Below, one piece after another: positions 1-14,897 of a DNA stretch of 64,000 nt. Every line of letters starts with the position of its first letter. Positions within the stretch are counted from its first letter, which is position 1. The notes under the pieces were generated by a model. That model was not told the DNA's origin, searched no databases, and worked only from the letters and a program-made list of their open reading frames with translations. Position numbers and translations under genes: made by a program. Source of the stretch: Octopus vulgaris (lineage: Eukaryota); assembly GCA_951406725.2 (NCBI GenBank), contig OX597814.1, positions 4,836,001 through 4,900,000 on the forward strand, written 5' to 3'.

Positions 1-919
1 GCTGCTATTGTTGATGTTGATAATGCTGTTACATTACGAAGATTCCTCTTCGTGCGACTGGAACAGGTCAGTTTTCCATCAGAATGTTTCAAAGAACTTT
101 TGATACAATGGTTTTTTTCTGTTCTTTTTGCGGTAGCGTTAGGAAATGGAAAACGTTGGCATTTGTGTCTTTCACAAATGTGATGACGGCGTGGAGGAAG
201 CGAAGAAAGTGAGGCAAGTTACTATATAAAACCGAAACCTGGTCACGAATATGGTTCAATGAAAATATCTTCCTGTTTAATGAGGCTGACACTCGCTCAA
301 TGCTATCATTATGAAACCAATTTATATTCCAAAACATTGCCAAAACGAAGATAGTTTCACAGCCTGAATATTTAAAAACTGAAATGGTGATAACAAACTG
401 CAATTCATGGAATCGAGTGACATGCGCATTGAAAGGGAACCCATTCTGTTCTAGAAAATCTCAGAAACAGACGACATTCAAGGCTGAACTGACGTCAGGA
501 ATACTTCGTTCTGTTGTACGAGAAATTGAAATGATTGCATCGCCGATGCATTGTTGCAGCTGTTGCAAACGATTGCACTTGATGTGTAGAACATAGGTAA
601 ATACTTTGAATGCCTATCTCATTTCACATAGTCCGTAGGAAGGAATCGACAGCAAATTGGATACTATTATAGAGAATTTATTCCAATCCGTCTTTTCCAC
701 CCAGCTGCCATTATATAAACGACAGCATAACGAGGAGATCGTTCATTCTTCCTTCGGCTTCCTCGTTCGCCACTTCTTCACCTACTTCCTGCTTCTTCTT
801 TCCTTCTATTCACATTTTCTTTCTCATTTGCATGTCCATTATGATTTCTCCCTTTCTCTCTCTCTCTCTCCCTCTCTCTGTGTCTCTGTCTGTATCTCTC
901 TCTCTCTCTCCATATATAT

Positions 920-968
<49 letters not shown>

Positions 969-1014
969 CAAATTAGAGGTATATTAAGCAGCACTGATTA
1001 AAATAAAGTATCAC

Positions 1015-1096
<82 letters not shown>

Positions 1097-1180
1097 TGTA
1101 GAAAAACATACATTCGGAGAAGCACACACTAAGATGTAGAGCAGTTAATATTATAATGTGGGAGGCTGGTCTCCACCATT

Positions 1181-1246
<66 letters not shown>

Positions 1247-2816
1247 GTAGATATATCCGATATAGATAATATCCAATGTAGATAATGTAGATAATGTAGA
1301 TATATCCAATGTAGATAATCCAAGCTGTGAGCTCTTGAATTACATCGACTTATTTCAGTAATTCGAATCTGTATGTAGATGTTATATTTGTGGAAGGCAT
1401 ACATAGGATTTCAAAATTGTAAGAAATATTTTTTGCAGAGTAACTATATATAAAAGCACAACACTAGAAAAATGTTTGTTATTTTTCATTCACCATTGCA
1501 CTTTCATTTACTAATGAAATATTTGTTCATTTTCTGAATAAAAAATTTTCGATAGGAGATATCTTACACGTTTCACCTACATGTACAACTTTGTAGCTCC
1601 TATTAGCAAATGAAACGTGGGTAATGATGAATAAATAAAAAACATTTTGTCGACCACACAGTATAGTAGGATCAGTTGGGCACCGCCTGTCAGAAATACA
1701 GCACCATGACACAATTCACTCCGCCAGAAATTTGGAAACGACAAACTGTACTGATTGGTATTCGCGCCGGAACCTCCAATACACCCATTATCTCACAAAT
1801 ACCCAGTGTCACTGGCGCAACCAGGGGAATGGTGCCATGGAATTCAAAGTCCCTGAACTTCCAACGCGTTGAAACTGTGCCAGACCTGGTCTCTACGGCT
1901 GATGAGAGGATTTCCCCTGTTTATTCGTCCTTTTTACGTCAATCGTTTCCATATTTCATTTTGTTTTTACTTTAGATATTTACAGATGGCACATGGAGAA
2001 GAGGAAAGAGAGGGGAGAGAGAGGTGGAAAGAGAGAAGAACATGTGTGTATATCTTACGCATACTTTGTGTGAAGCTATAGTAGAATTCACAAGCCTGAG
2101 TCCTCGCAGACTGCAATCGAGCCGGAAGTGTGTGGCTGCGAAACGAATCTCTTAATTATACGGCTTGCCACATCCTCTCACCGTTCTATTTTTTATTGGG
2201 AGTTACAGAAGATATTGTAATTAGAATTAAATTTATAACTAAACAAGAAAATTAGTTTTTGAAAAATTAATTAGTCATTCATTAAATTTCAGCATTTACA
2301 AACATTTTTGAACTGAAAGCTCCCTTTAACTGCTAGAAATAGCAGTCAAAGCACCCTCAAATGTTACACTACATTAGATTATGTAAATTTTTCTTGTTTT
2401 AGTAAATCAGAGACCGTTGCCTGCCAAGTTGTTTAAATAGTTCCAACAATTAACAGACGTCATGTCTATGATATTTGGAAGAGAAATAATAAAGTTACTA
2501 TTTATTCATCAATCACCTCCGGAAGATCGATGGAAAATCAATTGTTCTATTGAAACTTGTTTCTGAATTTGAATGGCGAGAATGCCATTTCCACTGGATA
2601 CCCACGACCAGCAGCAAGTCTACGCAAACACCACCACAAACAGGGATTATCCACCCTTACAAAACAACAACCGATAATTTTAAGGGCAGCTACAAAGAAA
2701 TAAATTTGTAGAGTGGGAGGGAGGGAAGGGGGGACACGTGATACAAGGGGGAATAAGATACACACATTGGCTTATATCTATGTGTCTGTGTATACATATG
2801 CATAAGAAATACAAGT

Positions 2817-2848
<32 letters not shown>

Positions 2849-3213
2849 CATACGTTCAAATATCCATACATACATACATACATTATGGCTACCCACTCCT
2901 TATCGAGTATGGCCATTGCACGAAGCTTAACTGTTATCGGTGCTGTGATCGGACGTGACTTTTTAGCCCAGCCAAAGATCTACAATGTCTTGTACAGAAT
3001 TGGCAACTAATACATACATACATACAAGCATACATACACACAAACAAACAAAAATACTCTGTTGTTGATGTTGAAATTCCAATGAAGGAGTCTTTGATCT
3101 AGGTTAGAAACCGGTTCTTTCTCTATTGGCAAGAAATCTTGAAATAAACTGTATAATTACATACATACATACATACGTACATACATACATACATACATAC
3201 ATACATACATACA

Positions 3214-3246
<33 letters not shown>

Positions 3247-3701
3247 TCATACATACATACATACATACATACATACATACATACATACATACATACATAC
3301 ATGCATAAGGAAAATCGAAATGAAACATGAAAACCGTTACAGAAAGAACAAATTAAACATGGAACACCATTCGTCTGCCATGGAGATTAGAAACTGCGCA
3401 GTGCATATACACAAAAAGTGCATATACACAAAAAGCGCGCGCACAAGTGTGTGTGTGTGTACATATACATACATTCATACATACATACTTACATAGATAT
3501 TGACACACACGTACGCACTTCTTTGATAAAAGAATTCAAATGAAAGCAAGAAGCGTTCAACTAGGACAATAAATATTTGCAAAACCTAAAAATATTAAAC
3601 GTTTGCAAAAAGAACGATGAGAGGAACAAGAGAACATCTATGTGAAGGACATCCTAGAAACAACGAACTCAATACCTCTCCTTATCTGGTTTAATGAGCT
3701 A

Positions 3702-4128
3702 CTAGCAGTATCGCCCGGCGTTGCTCGGGTTTGTAAGGGAAATAACTATATAAGCATTTTTAGGGAGTTATAGCCAAAAAATAGCAAAAAAAAATGCATT
3801 AAAAATGGAAAAAAAATTATGGTAAATCTTTTTTTTAAATCGTTGACTCATCATAGACATTTTTGTAGACATTTTCTGTTTTGGTGTCTTCAAGCCATGA
3901 AGTCGTTGTTCTAAAAGAACGCTGGTCTCCTTGACAACGCTTTACAACGTTGATTTCCTTACACTTCCTTCCCCACAGCTACACAGCTAATACTCAGACG
4001 GGCTCGATATGAATCACGACTATAAGATACCCGAATTTGGTTAAACTGCACCGCAAAATGTGGGAGTAGTTAGGAATCTAAATCGAAGGGGACAGACACT
4101 CACACAACTAGAGTTTTATATATATAGA
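3702..4128 (-). mobile_element. Non-autonomous Helitron
   Basis: Minus strand begins TCTATATATATAAAA and ends in CTAG, preceded by the hairpin cccgagcaacgccggg (3714-3729). It is inserted between A and T with no TSD. Confidence 0.8.
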
Positions 4129-4412
4129 TTTTAGCAATGTCAGCCACATATGAAAGCCAATGTTGTAGTGATTGCAGTGTTAGGTTAAAGAATCCCTCAC
4201 TGAGACTGGAGTGGCACAGATCCAACGTCTAATGAGCAGATAATTAAAAGCCATAACCTTTTCTGCAGAGTACGTTTGAGATTGAGGCTAAGGGGCCACA
4301 GAGATTATCTGCCCTTGTCAAGTGTAGTTTAGTAAAGAATTTCAAAGTGCAGTGTTAGTGTTATTCAGTTTTTACCGAGGGTCTCATGGACTCGCTAAAT
4401 GCATGAAATACC

Positions 4413-4644
4413 TATTTCTTTATTACCCACAAGGGGCTAAACACAGAGGGGACAAACAAGGACAGATAAACGGATTAAATCGATTACATCGACCCCAGTA
4501 CGTAACTGGTACTTATTTAATCGATCCTGAAAGGATGAAAGGCAAAGTCGACCTCGGCGGAATTTGAACTCAGAACGTAGCGGCAGACGAAATACTACTA
4601 AGCATTTCGCCCGGCGCGCTAACGATTCTGCCAGCTCGCCACTT
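4413..4644 (-). mobile_element. SINE family B copy with 17-bp TSD
   Basis: Head gcgagctggcagaatcgttagc, B-box-like gagttcaaattcc, central ggtcgactttgcctttcatcctttc. TSD taaatgcatgaaatacc at 4396-4412 and 4645-4661. Confidence 0.85.
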
Positions 4645-5277
4645 TAAATGCATGAAATACCGTTCATATGAGTGTAGAGAATTGAAAAATATGTTAAGTT
4701 CCTTCGTGAGAGTGACTTGGTATCCCAGATTGCTCTATTGGCAACGGGCTGTATTTTATCGTTTAGCGAATCTCCGACTGTATTGTATATAGGAAAGGTG
4801 AAGGTAGTAAAAGTCTTACTGCTGTTTGCTGATTTCGGATTCAGTGGATCGATTGTCCGAGTGATCCAAGAAATGGTACTGGCAGGAAATGAGCTTGAGA
4901 GAAGGCATTAAGATGGCAGGAAGTAATCTGAAAATGAAAGAGGTGAATAGGATCCGGAGTGGAACGGAAAATGGGATAAATGGATATTGTCCGGAATTAC
5001 AAGGACAGGGAAGAGAGTGTGGTGAAATATGAGCTGGACTTGAACTGGTATTGGAATAGTTAGACATCTGGGCCGAGTAAATTGTGTACAATTCCGTCAG
5101 ATTGAAGGGGAAGAGTATGAAACTAAACTGGTGAGGCTGTGTGGTCAGTGCGCATGCTCGACATGAGGAACAGCATAACAAAGGAAGCTATCGTTGCGAT
5201 TGTTGTTGAAAAGGAAACCATGAAAGTTGTTAGAGCAATGTCCATTGTGATATTTGTAATACTAGAAATATATAAAA

Positions 5278-5492
5278 CGGCGAGCTGGTAGAATCGTTAC
5301 CATACCAGATAAAATGCTTACCGGCATTTCATCCGTCCTGAGTTTAAATTCCACTGAGGTCGACTTTACCTTTCATCCTTTCGGGGTCGATAAAATAAAT
5401 ACCAGTTGAACACTGGGGGGTCAACGTAATCTACTCCCGTCCCCGTCCTCTGAAATTATTGGTTTTGTACCAAAATTTGAAATCGTTATTAG
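5278..5492 (+). mobile_element. SINE family B copy (diverged, alternative tail)
   Basis: cggcgagctggtagaatcgttacc...gaggtcgactttacctttcatcctttcggggtcgataaaataa matches the other family B copies. Confidence 0.75.
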
Positions 5493-5909
5493 AAATATAT
5501 CGTGCATTGCTTAAGTACAACGGTTGCGCTGGAATGGTACCGTTGTTGCCATCGGTGTGGGGTGGGGGGCATCGTTGGAGAATGCTCTGGCAACACGTAA
5601 ATAATCCTTTGTAGAATACGGCTGGCAGCGAAACCATCTTTTGAATGTCATTGTTGGGAACATCAAAGAAGTTAATGGTAGAGTGTAAACGACGAAGAAC
5701 TAAGACCGAGACTTGCACGTAACGCTGGCTTCATGGCATGGGCTCGGGAGCAGGGGGTGCAGGGGGTGTGCTTGAACCCCCTAAAATTTTTGTGGAATGC
5801 AGAATCAAAATTTGCACCCCTACGGTGACTAAAAAGTGGTCGGTTAAAAGTACCTTGAATTAGATTTCTTCGCAAAGAATAAAGAACATAAATAAATAAA
5901 AATAAACAT

Positions 5910-6324
5910 AGTGGCTGTGTGGTAAGTAACTTGCTAACCAACCACATGGTTCCGGGTTCAATCCCACTGCGTGGCATCTTGGGCAAGTGTGTTCTACTAT
6001 AGCCTCGGGCGGACCAAAGCCTTGTGAGTGGATTTGGTAGACGGAAACTGAAAGAAGCCTGTCGTATATATGTATATATATATATATAAGTGTGTGTGTA
6101 TATGTTTGTGTGTCTGTGTTTGTCCCCCTAGCATTGCTTGACAACCGATGCTGGTGTGTTTACGTCCCCGTCACTTAGCGGTTCGGCAAAAAGAGACCGA
6201 TAGAATAAGTACTGGGCTTACAAAGAATAAGTCCCGGGGTCGATTTGCTCGACTAAAGGCGGTGCTCCAGCATGGCCGCAGTCAAATGACTGAAACAAGT
6301 AAAAGAGTAAAAGAGTAAAAGAGT
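5910..6324 (+). mobile_element. tRNA-derived SINE family A (~410 bp)
   Basis: A-box tggctgtgtggt, B-box gggttcaatccc, CORE-like ttgggcaagtg, internal (TA)n(TG)n, 3' ggcggtgctccagcatggccgcagtcaaatgactgaaac and (aagagtaa)n tail. About 10 copies in the window. Confidence 0.88.
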
Positions 6325-6784
6325 ATAACCTTAATTGTAAAAATTCTCGGGCCTGGGTTTGCATCCCCTGAGCAAACTTCGTCCCTGAGCCAGTGCTTTA
6401 TGGTGGAATCAGATAAGAAGGAAATGTTTAAGACATGTTGTAATAATGAAACCACTCTGAGATTATGGCGGGATATCATTTGACAGGAAATTTCTTTACT
6501 GGTGAGTTGACGGTGCTTTGGGAAAGTAAAATCCAGGGGGTTTATGAAGGGAAACGTTTGGAATACAAAGGTTTTATGGAATCGTGTAAGACACGAGCGT
6601 GACAATGTAGGACACTTCAAGTAGAGAAAGGGTATCGTGGATGACCAGCAAAGAACTTGGATGTCTCAGGTGGTTGGCATCGGACTTCAGAAGCCTGAAG
6701 AGAGCAGGGATTGGTGGATTGGAGAAAGAAGCAGAATAATTGCGTTTCGTAGATACGGCGGAGACATGCAGCTGACATCGCTTA

Positions 6785-6942
6785 ACTTTTACTTGTTTCA
6801 GTCATTAGACTGCGGCCATGCTGGGGCACCGCTGCCTTGAGGAATGTCTTTGTCGAATGAATAGACCTCTCCCACTCCACCCCCACACCGCCGGGACCTA
6901 TTTTTCAAGCCTGGTACTTATTCTGTCGGTCTCTTTTGCCGA
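6785..6942 (-). mobile_element. SINE family A, 3' fragment
   Basis: ttttacttgtttcagtcattagactgcggccatgctggggcacc is the reverse complement of the family A tail. Confidence 0.7.
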
Positions 6943-7171
6943 GGAAGTGGTGGACGACGAGGAAGACGAGGACGAGGAAGAAGAAGAAAAAGAAGACGAG
7001 GAGGAGGAGGAGGAGGAAGAAAAGGAAGAGACAGAAGAGGAAGGAGAGGAGGAAGGGAGGAAGAAGAAGGGGAAGGAAGAGGAAGGAGAGGAGAGGAGAG
7101 GAGTGGAGGAGGGGGAGGAGGAGTGGAGGAGGGGGAGGAGGAGGTAGAAGAAGAAGAAGAAGAAGAAGAAG

Positions 7172-7203
<32 letters not shown>

Positions 7204-8243
7204 TGATAAAGACAATGTGGAGCAAAAGAACCTGGATTTTCGTTGGTGCCATCAAATGTTACCCGGCGGCACAAGAGGGGGGGGAGGAGAGATACTGTGG
7301 CAGGATGCTGAAAAAATAATTGTGGCCTTCGATTGGCAAATGACGAAGAGAATGCCCTGCAATCTTATGTCAGATGTGTAAGAGACGGGATGGGCACGGA
7401 TGGAACTTATATCAGGGCTGACCTGGTATTAAACAACCGCAGCAAACACACACGTACACACACACACGCTAACACATACAGACTCCCTCGCTCTCGCTCT
7501 CTCGCTCTCTCTCTCTCTCATACACACACACACGCTAACACATACAGACTCCTCTCTCTCTCTCTCTCTCTCTCTCATACACACACACACACACACACGC
7601 ACACACACACACACACACAAAGCTACACACACAATCACATACAGACACACGGTTTCACACAATTACAGAATAACACACACACACACACACAGAGGCACAC
7701 TCACACACACACACACACAGTCACGTTCACACAGCAACAGGCACCACCACCACCACCAACAACAACAACACCACCAACAACAACAGCAATAAAGTTTATG
7801 ATAAAACATGTCAGCGAGATCTAATGACATTCTCTCAGCCCTAGCAACTTCAGCTCCGACCAATTAACTCGCCGGTTGCTAACCGAGTCCAGCCTCTCTA
7901 ATTACCGTTGCTAAGTTAATATTATCTAATTTCGAAGCTAACTTCATATTCCATTTCGACAAACAATACGCGCCATTAATTCATCTCGCAAATAGTTTGG
8001 CATTTTTTTTTAAATCATTTTTTTTTGGCATATTACTTTTATCTTGCTCTGTTTTTTATTTTTTTATTTTTATACTTACTTTTTTCTGGTATTTATATTC
8101 TTTACCTTTCCTTTTATCATGATTCCTGTATTTTAGTAAATGCGTGTGTATATTAAATGTGTGTTCATGGGTGTGTGTGTGTGTGTGTATTACATATTTA
8201 TGAGTGTGTGTGTGTGTTTGTATATATATACATATATATATAA

Positions 8244-8311
<68 letters not shown>

Positions 8312-8610
8312 GGCAGTGCCCCAGCATGGCCACAGCTCGTGAGCTGAAACAAGATAAAATAAAATAAAATAAATATATATATATACATACATACACACAC
8401 AAAAAATATGGGGGTTTAAAACGATTAGGTACGCTAGGTAAGTGTTGTAACGGATTACTAGAGCTCCAAGGTTATAGCCGAGACGGTTGTTATGGAGCCA
8501 TTGCAGATTTCCGATATGGCGGATATATAATTGTTTAAAGAGGACAACAAACATTAAAGCAAGGCAAACATCTCAAATCATATACAATATCAATTATTAT
8601 TATTATTATT

Positions 8611-11344
<2,734 letters not shown>

Positions 11345-11360
11345 TTATTATTATTATTAT

Positions 11361-11700
11361 TCAAAGTCTTACAGCTGTTTCTGAGATATCCCCGAGTATG
11401 AGATATTCCGTCATCGGAGACAAACCGGGAAAAGGAGAAGGGTAGAGATTAATGAAATGACGATGCAGAGGACAGGATTAAAGGAATAAGAGGAAGAAAG
11501 AGAAGAAGAAAAAAGAAGCATAAAAGTTCACAGTTCAACTTTCTGATCATGTAGAAGAAGGTTCAATCCTGCGTAACTCCATGTGGGTTAAAGTCCTGAT
11601 ATTGTAAACATCCAGAAAAGGGACGCGAACATTTCAACGTTCAATAACAGAATAGTAGCGGAGGTGGCTCTTAAGTGGTAAAAGGAAAGAAATTAAAGAA
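11361..11700 (-). mobile_element. 3' remnant of a Penelope-like element with a hammerhead-like motif
   Basis: Degenerate, frameshifted W-M-F..RTL.PHGV resembles PLE GIY-YIG C-termini (WI..L.TL.P.GLN). It is followed by a hammerhead fold at 11366-11421. Confidence 0.5.
11366..11421 (-). ncRNA. Type I hammerhead ribozyme motif with one core substitution
   Basis: GUCU-CCGAUGA-(stem II AUAUCUC/GGGAUAU)-GAAAC-AGCU-GUA-AGAC. Stem I is GUCU/AGAC, stem III is the palindrome ACAGCUGU, and core U4 reads C. Confidence 0.6.
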
Positions 11701-12021
11701 ATAGAAAGCGAGGTAAATAGAGGTAGATTTGGGATTTGCGGAGGGTGAAAGCTGGAAGTCTCCACCGTCCTGTTTTTATTACCAACTCTGACCCCCCACA
11801 AATGCCAAATTTTATTTTGATTCACGGAGGCAACTGTTTTTCGAAGACACAAATTGTCGGGAATTGCTCGAAATGTGGAGTAGATAAACAGCCGACAACT
11901 AATGAAGGGTCGTTCTTTATGCGACTGGTCTTTTTTCCATTTCTTTCTCTCATCCTTCGTATTTCATGTTGTTTACGTTTTGTGACGCCCTGTACCCATA
12001 TATACACATATATATATATAC

Positions 12022-12129
<108 letters not shown>

Positions 12130-12173
12130 ATGTATGTATGTATATGTATATATATATACATATATATGTACAC

Positions 12174-12205
<32 letters not shown>

Positions 12206-12244
12206 GTGCGTGTGTGTGTATGTACATATATGTATGTATATATG

Positions 12245-12314
<70 letters not shown>

Positions 12315-12526
12315 TGAGCTCCACGCATCCACTTCCAAGTAAGTTTATCTATATCTATGTGTGTGTGGGGGGGTGTAATGTATATGCATGTAAGTGTGTG
12401 TATATATGTATTTATGTATATGTTTCTGCGTAAACATATAGGTATATATATGTATGGCAAGCAAAGTAACTTAGTCGTTAGCAAATCTCCATAAGACATG
12501 AAAGTAGAATCTATACTGAGAAGTAA

Positions 12527-12876
12527 TGCTTGTCGCCATTTCATCATGACTGTTCCGTACGAACCGACGTTCCTACAATTTTAACCCCAGGAGGACGCCT
12601 CTTCTAGCTGGTTGTCGATGCATTCTATATCCGATATGGATTGCAAGCAGGGGAGCGAACGCCTGCCATCTTCTAGCGACTTAACAGGACCACCATACCA
12701 GACCGGTTTCGGGCTATTTTGTCCATCCTCAGTGGTAGGAGTTCGCTCCCCTGCTAGCAATATATATTTGGTACAGACTGCATCGATAACCAGCTAGAGC
12801 AGGCGTACTCTTGGGTTTAAAAATAGTAGTAACGTCGGTTCGTACGGAACAGCCATGTTGAAGTGGCGACAAACAA
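12527..12876. mobile_element. Foldback/MITE-like element, ~145-bp imperfect inverted arms around a ~60-bp spacer
   Basis: ttgtcgccatttcatcatgactgttccgtacgaaccgacgtt pairs with aacgtcggttcgtacggaacagccatgttgaagtggcgacaa. Pairing continues inward to ggggagcgaac/gttcgctcccc. Confidence 0.75.
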
Positions 12877-13269
12877 ATGTGTATGACTATACGTCTGTCT
12901 CTATGCACGTATGTACGTACGTGTACTTGCATGTATGTATGTGTCTATCCATGCATACTTGTGTGCATGTCTTCATGAATACATGCATGTATGCATGTCT
13001 TCATGAATACATACTACATTACTACATATGTGTATATACATTACATACATGTATAAACTCATACATACGTATTTATGTATATATATATATATATATATAT
13101 ATCTATCTATATATATATAAAGTTAACCCAAACAAGAAAACAAAAAAACACAACAACGCAAGGACGTGGAACAAATAAAGTATTATTGGACGCTCAGGGA
13201 AAGAAGGAAAGAAGGAGGGTATATATGTAAGTATATATGTAATGTATGGATGTATGCATGCATGTATGT

Positions 13270-14090
13270 AAGTACGATTTTTCTTTGATTTTATTTTTCT
13301 TTGATTTCACGTGAGTTGAAACTAGTCGCTAACAAAATGACAAGACTTCTTGAGTTTAGAGAGTTTCCGGCGCTTGTGAATATGTGGTTGAGTTGCTGTG
13401 TTGGTTGAGCTGTCCATGCATACACCCAGCTGTGTTCATCTGTTCGTCTAAAGCATCTCAGATGGAGAATCTTTAGAATGTCTTACAGAACTTCATTGTA
13501 CCACTAATAGATTGGATATGGAGAAGCAGCGCCTGTTTCTTTTACCCTTTCTTCGAACAATCTAGTATTTCTAGGTTTTTATGTTAGTTTGTGAGTACAG
13601 TACTTGATGCACCTATGATGTTAGGTACAAATGGGAATTTGTGGTGAGAGTACAAGAGTTGTAAGATCCATATTCTTTCCCCGTAAGCGTTCTCTTTCTT
13701 CAAGATGCTTTCTGGTAGATTCACAACCGCTGGGCAGTGGATCTCTACAACAGCATATGACTTTTGTTCTTTGTCCTCTGCAACAATATGGGGCCTGTTA
13801 TATTTGTTCCGAATTGCTGTTTTGATTCGAAATTACTCACCAATATTCCTTGTTTTTAAAGGCGCGAATACATCCTCGTTCTGACATGCGTTTGATGTCT
13901 ACGCCAAGGCAATCTCTTCTGCGGATAGCATTGTAAATATTATCTGCAACTACGTCACGCCTCGGGTCAAGGAGTATCTTCTGGACAGCGGCTGATGATG
14001 TGCATGATATCTTCCACACTGATAAAGCAGAGCCAACATTTTCTGTTACAACGTAGGAGTTTTGTAGTATCTTTGTTTCTCTTGTTTATC
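13270..14090 (-). mobile_element. Degraded 3' part of an RLE-type non-LTR retrotransposon
   Basis: Frameshifted peptides LCFISVEDIMHIISRCP..RRDVVADNIYNAIRR, IKTATRNKYNRPHIV..VVEIHCPA and LQLLYSHHKFPFVPNIIGA; the 3' end runs into (CATA)n-like sequence. Confidence 0.65.
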
Positions 14091-14096
14091 ATGTAT

Positions 14097-14502
14097 ACTC
14101 TTTTACTCTTTTACTTGTTTCAGTCATTTGACTGCGGCCATGCTGGAGCACCGCCTTTAGTCGAGCAAATCGACCCCAGGACTTATTCTTTGTAAGCCCA
14201 GTACTTATTCTATCGGTCTCTTTTGCCGAACCGCTAAGTGACGGGGACGTAAACACACCAGCATCGGTTGTCAAGCAATGCTAGGGGGACAAACACAGAC
14301 ACACAAACACACACACATACTTATATATATATACATACATACGACAGGCTTCTTTCAGTTTCCGTCTACCAAATCCACTCACAAGGCATTGGTCGGCCCG
14401 GGGCTATAGCAGAAGACACTTGCCCAAGATGCCACGCAGTGGGACTGAACCTGGAACCATGTGGTTGGTTAGCAAGCTACTTACCACACAGCCACTCCTG
14501 CG
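14097..14502 (-). mobile_element. SINE family A
   Basis: Full-length reverse-complement match to 5910-6324. Confidence 0.88.
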
Positions 14503-14521
14503 TATATTATATATATATATG

Positions 14522-14786
14522 TTTCTTTATTAGCCACACGGTGATGCACACAGACAGGACAGATTACAAAGTAGAGCTTTTCTTTTGGGGGAGAGAAAAA
14601 AAGTGGGGGTATCATAAAAGGGAACGAAAGAAAAAGGAAAGAAAAAAGAAAAAATAGAAGAAAAAAGGAAAGAAAAGAAACGATCGATAGGGATCGTGTA
14701 TCACAGAAATGTCATGATGTAAAGTGTAAAGGGGGAAAAAGATAAGGTTTATCCGTGGAAAGAAAAGCCTACGGAAAAGACCATGT
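14522..14786 (-). mobile_element. 3' UTR-like fragment of a LINE (same family as 60100-60215 and 63487-63760)
   Basis: Reverse complement contains gatacacgatccctatcgatcg...gaaaagctctactttgtaa...gtgtggctaataaagaaa, matching 63487-63760. Confidence 0.6.
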
Positions 14787-14811
14787 CTGTATGTATGCAT
14801 GCGTGTTTGCA

Positions 14812-14897
<86 letters not shown>

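Noticed and set aside
60-660. Possible decayed transposase sequence (similar impressions at 37030-37860 and 41700-42060)
   Set aside because: Too degenerate to identify motifs or TIRs reliably.
1868-1920. GAAAC...GTC...CTGATGA hammerhead-like words (also ctgatgaaacgtc at ~58249)
   Set aside because: No convincing stems could be drawn.
5672-6144. Recurring ORFs such as [20 protein letters not shown] and RSGTEPGTMWLVSKLL
   Set aside because: Antisense translations of SINE family A copies, not a gene family.
5737-6395. Possible MITE interrupted by SINE A
   Set aside because: Putative TIRs (catgggctcgggagc / gtccctgagccagtg) match only weakly and no TSD was seen.
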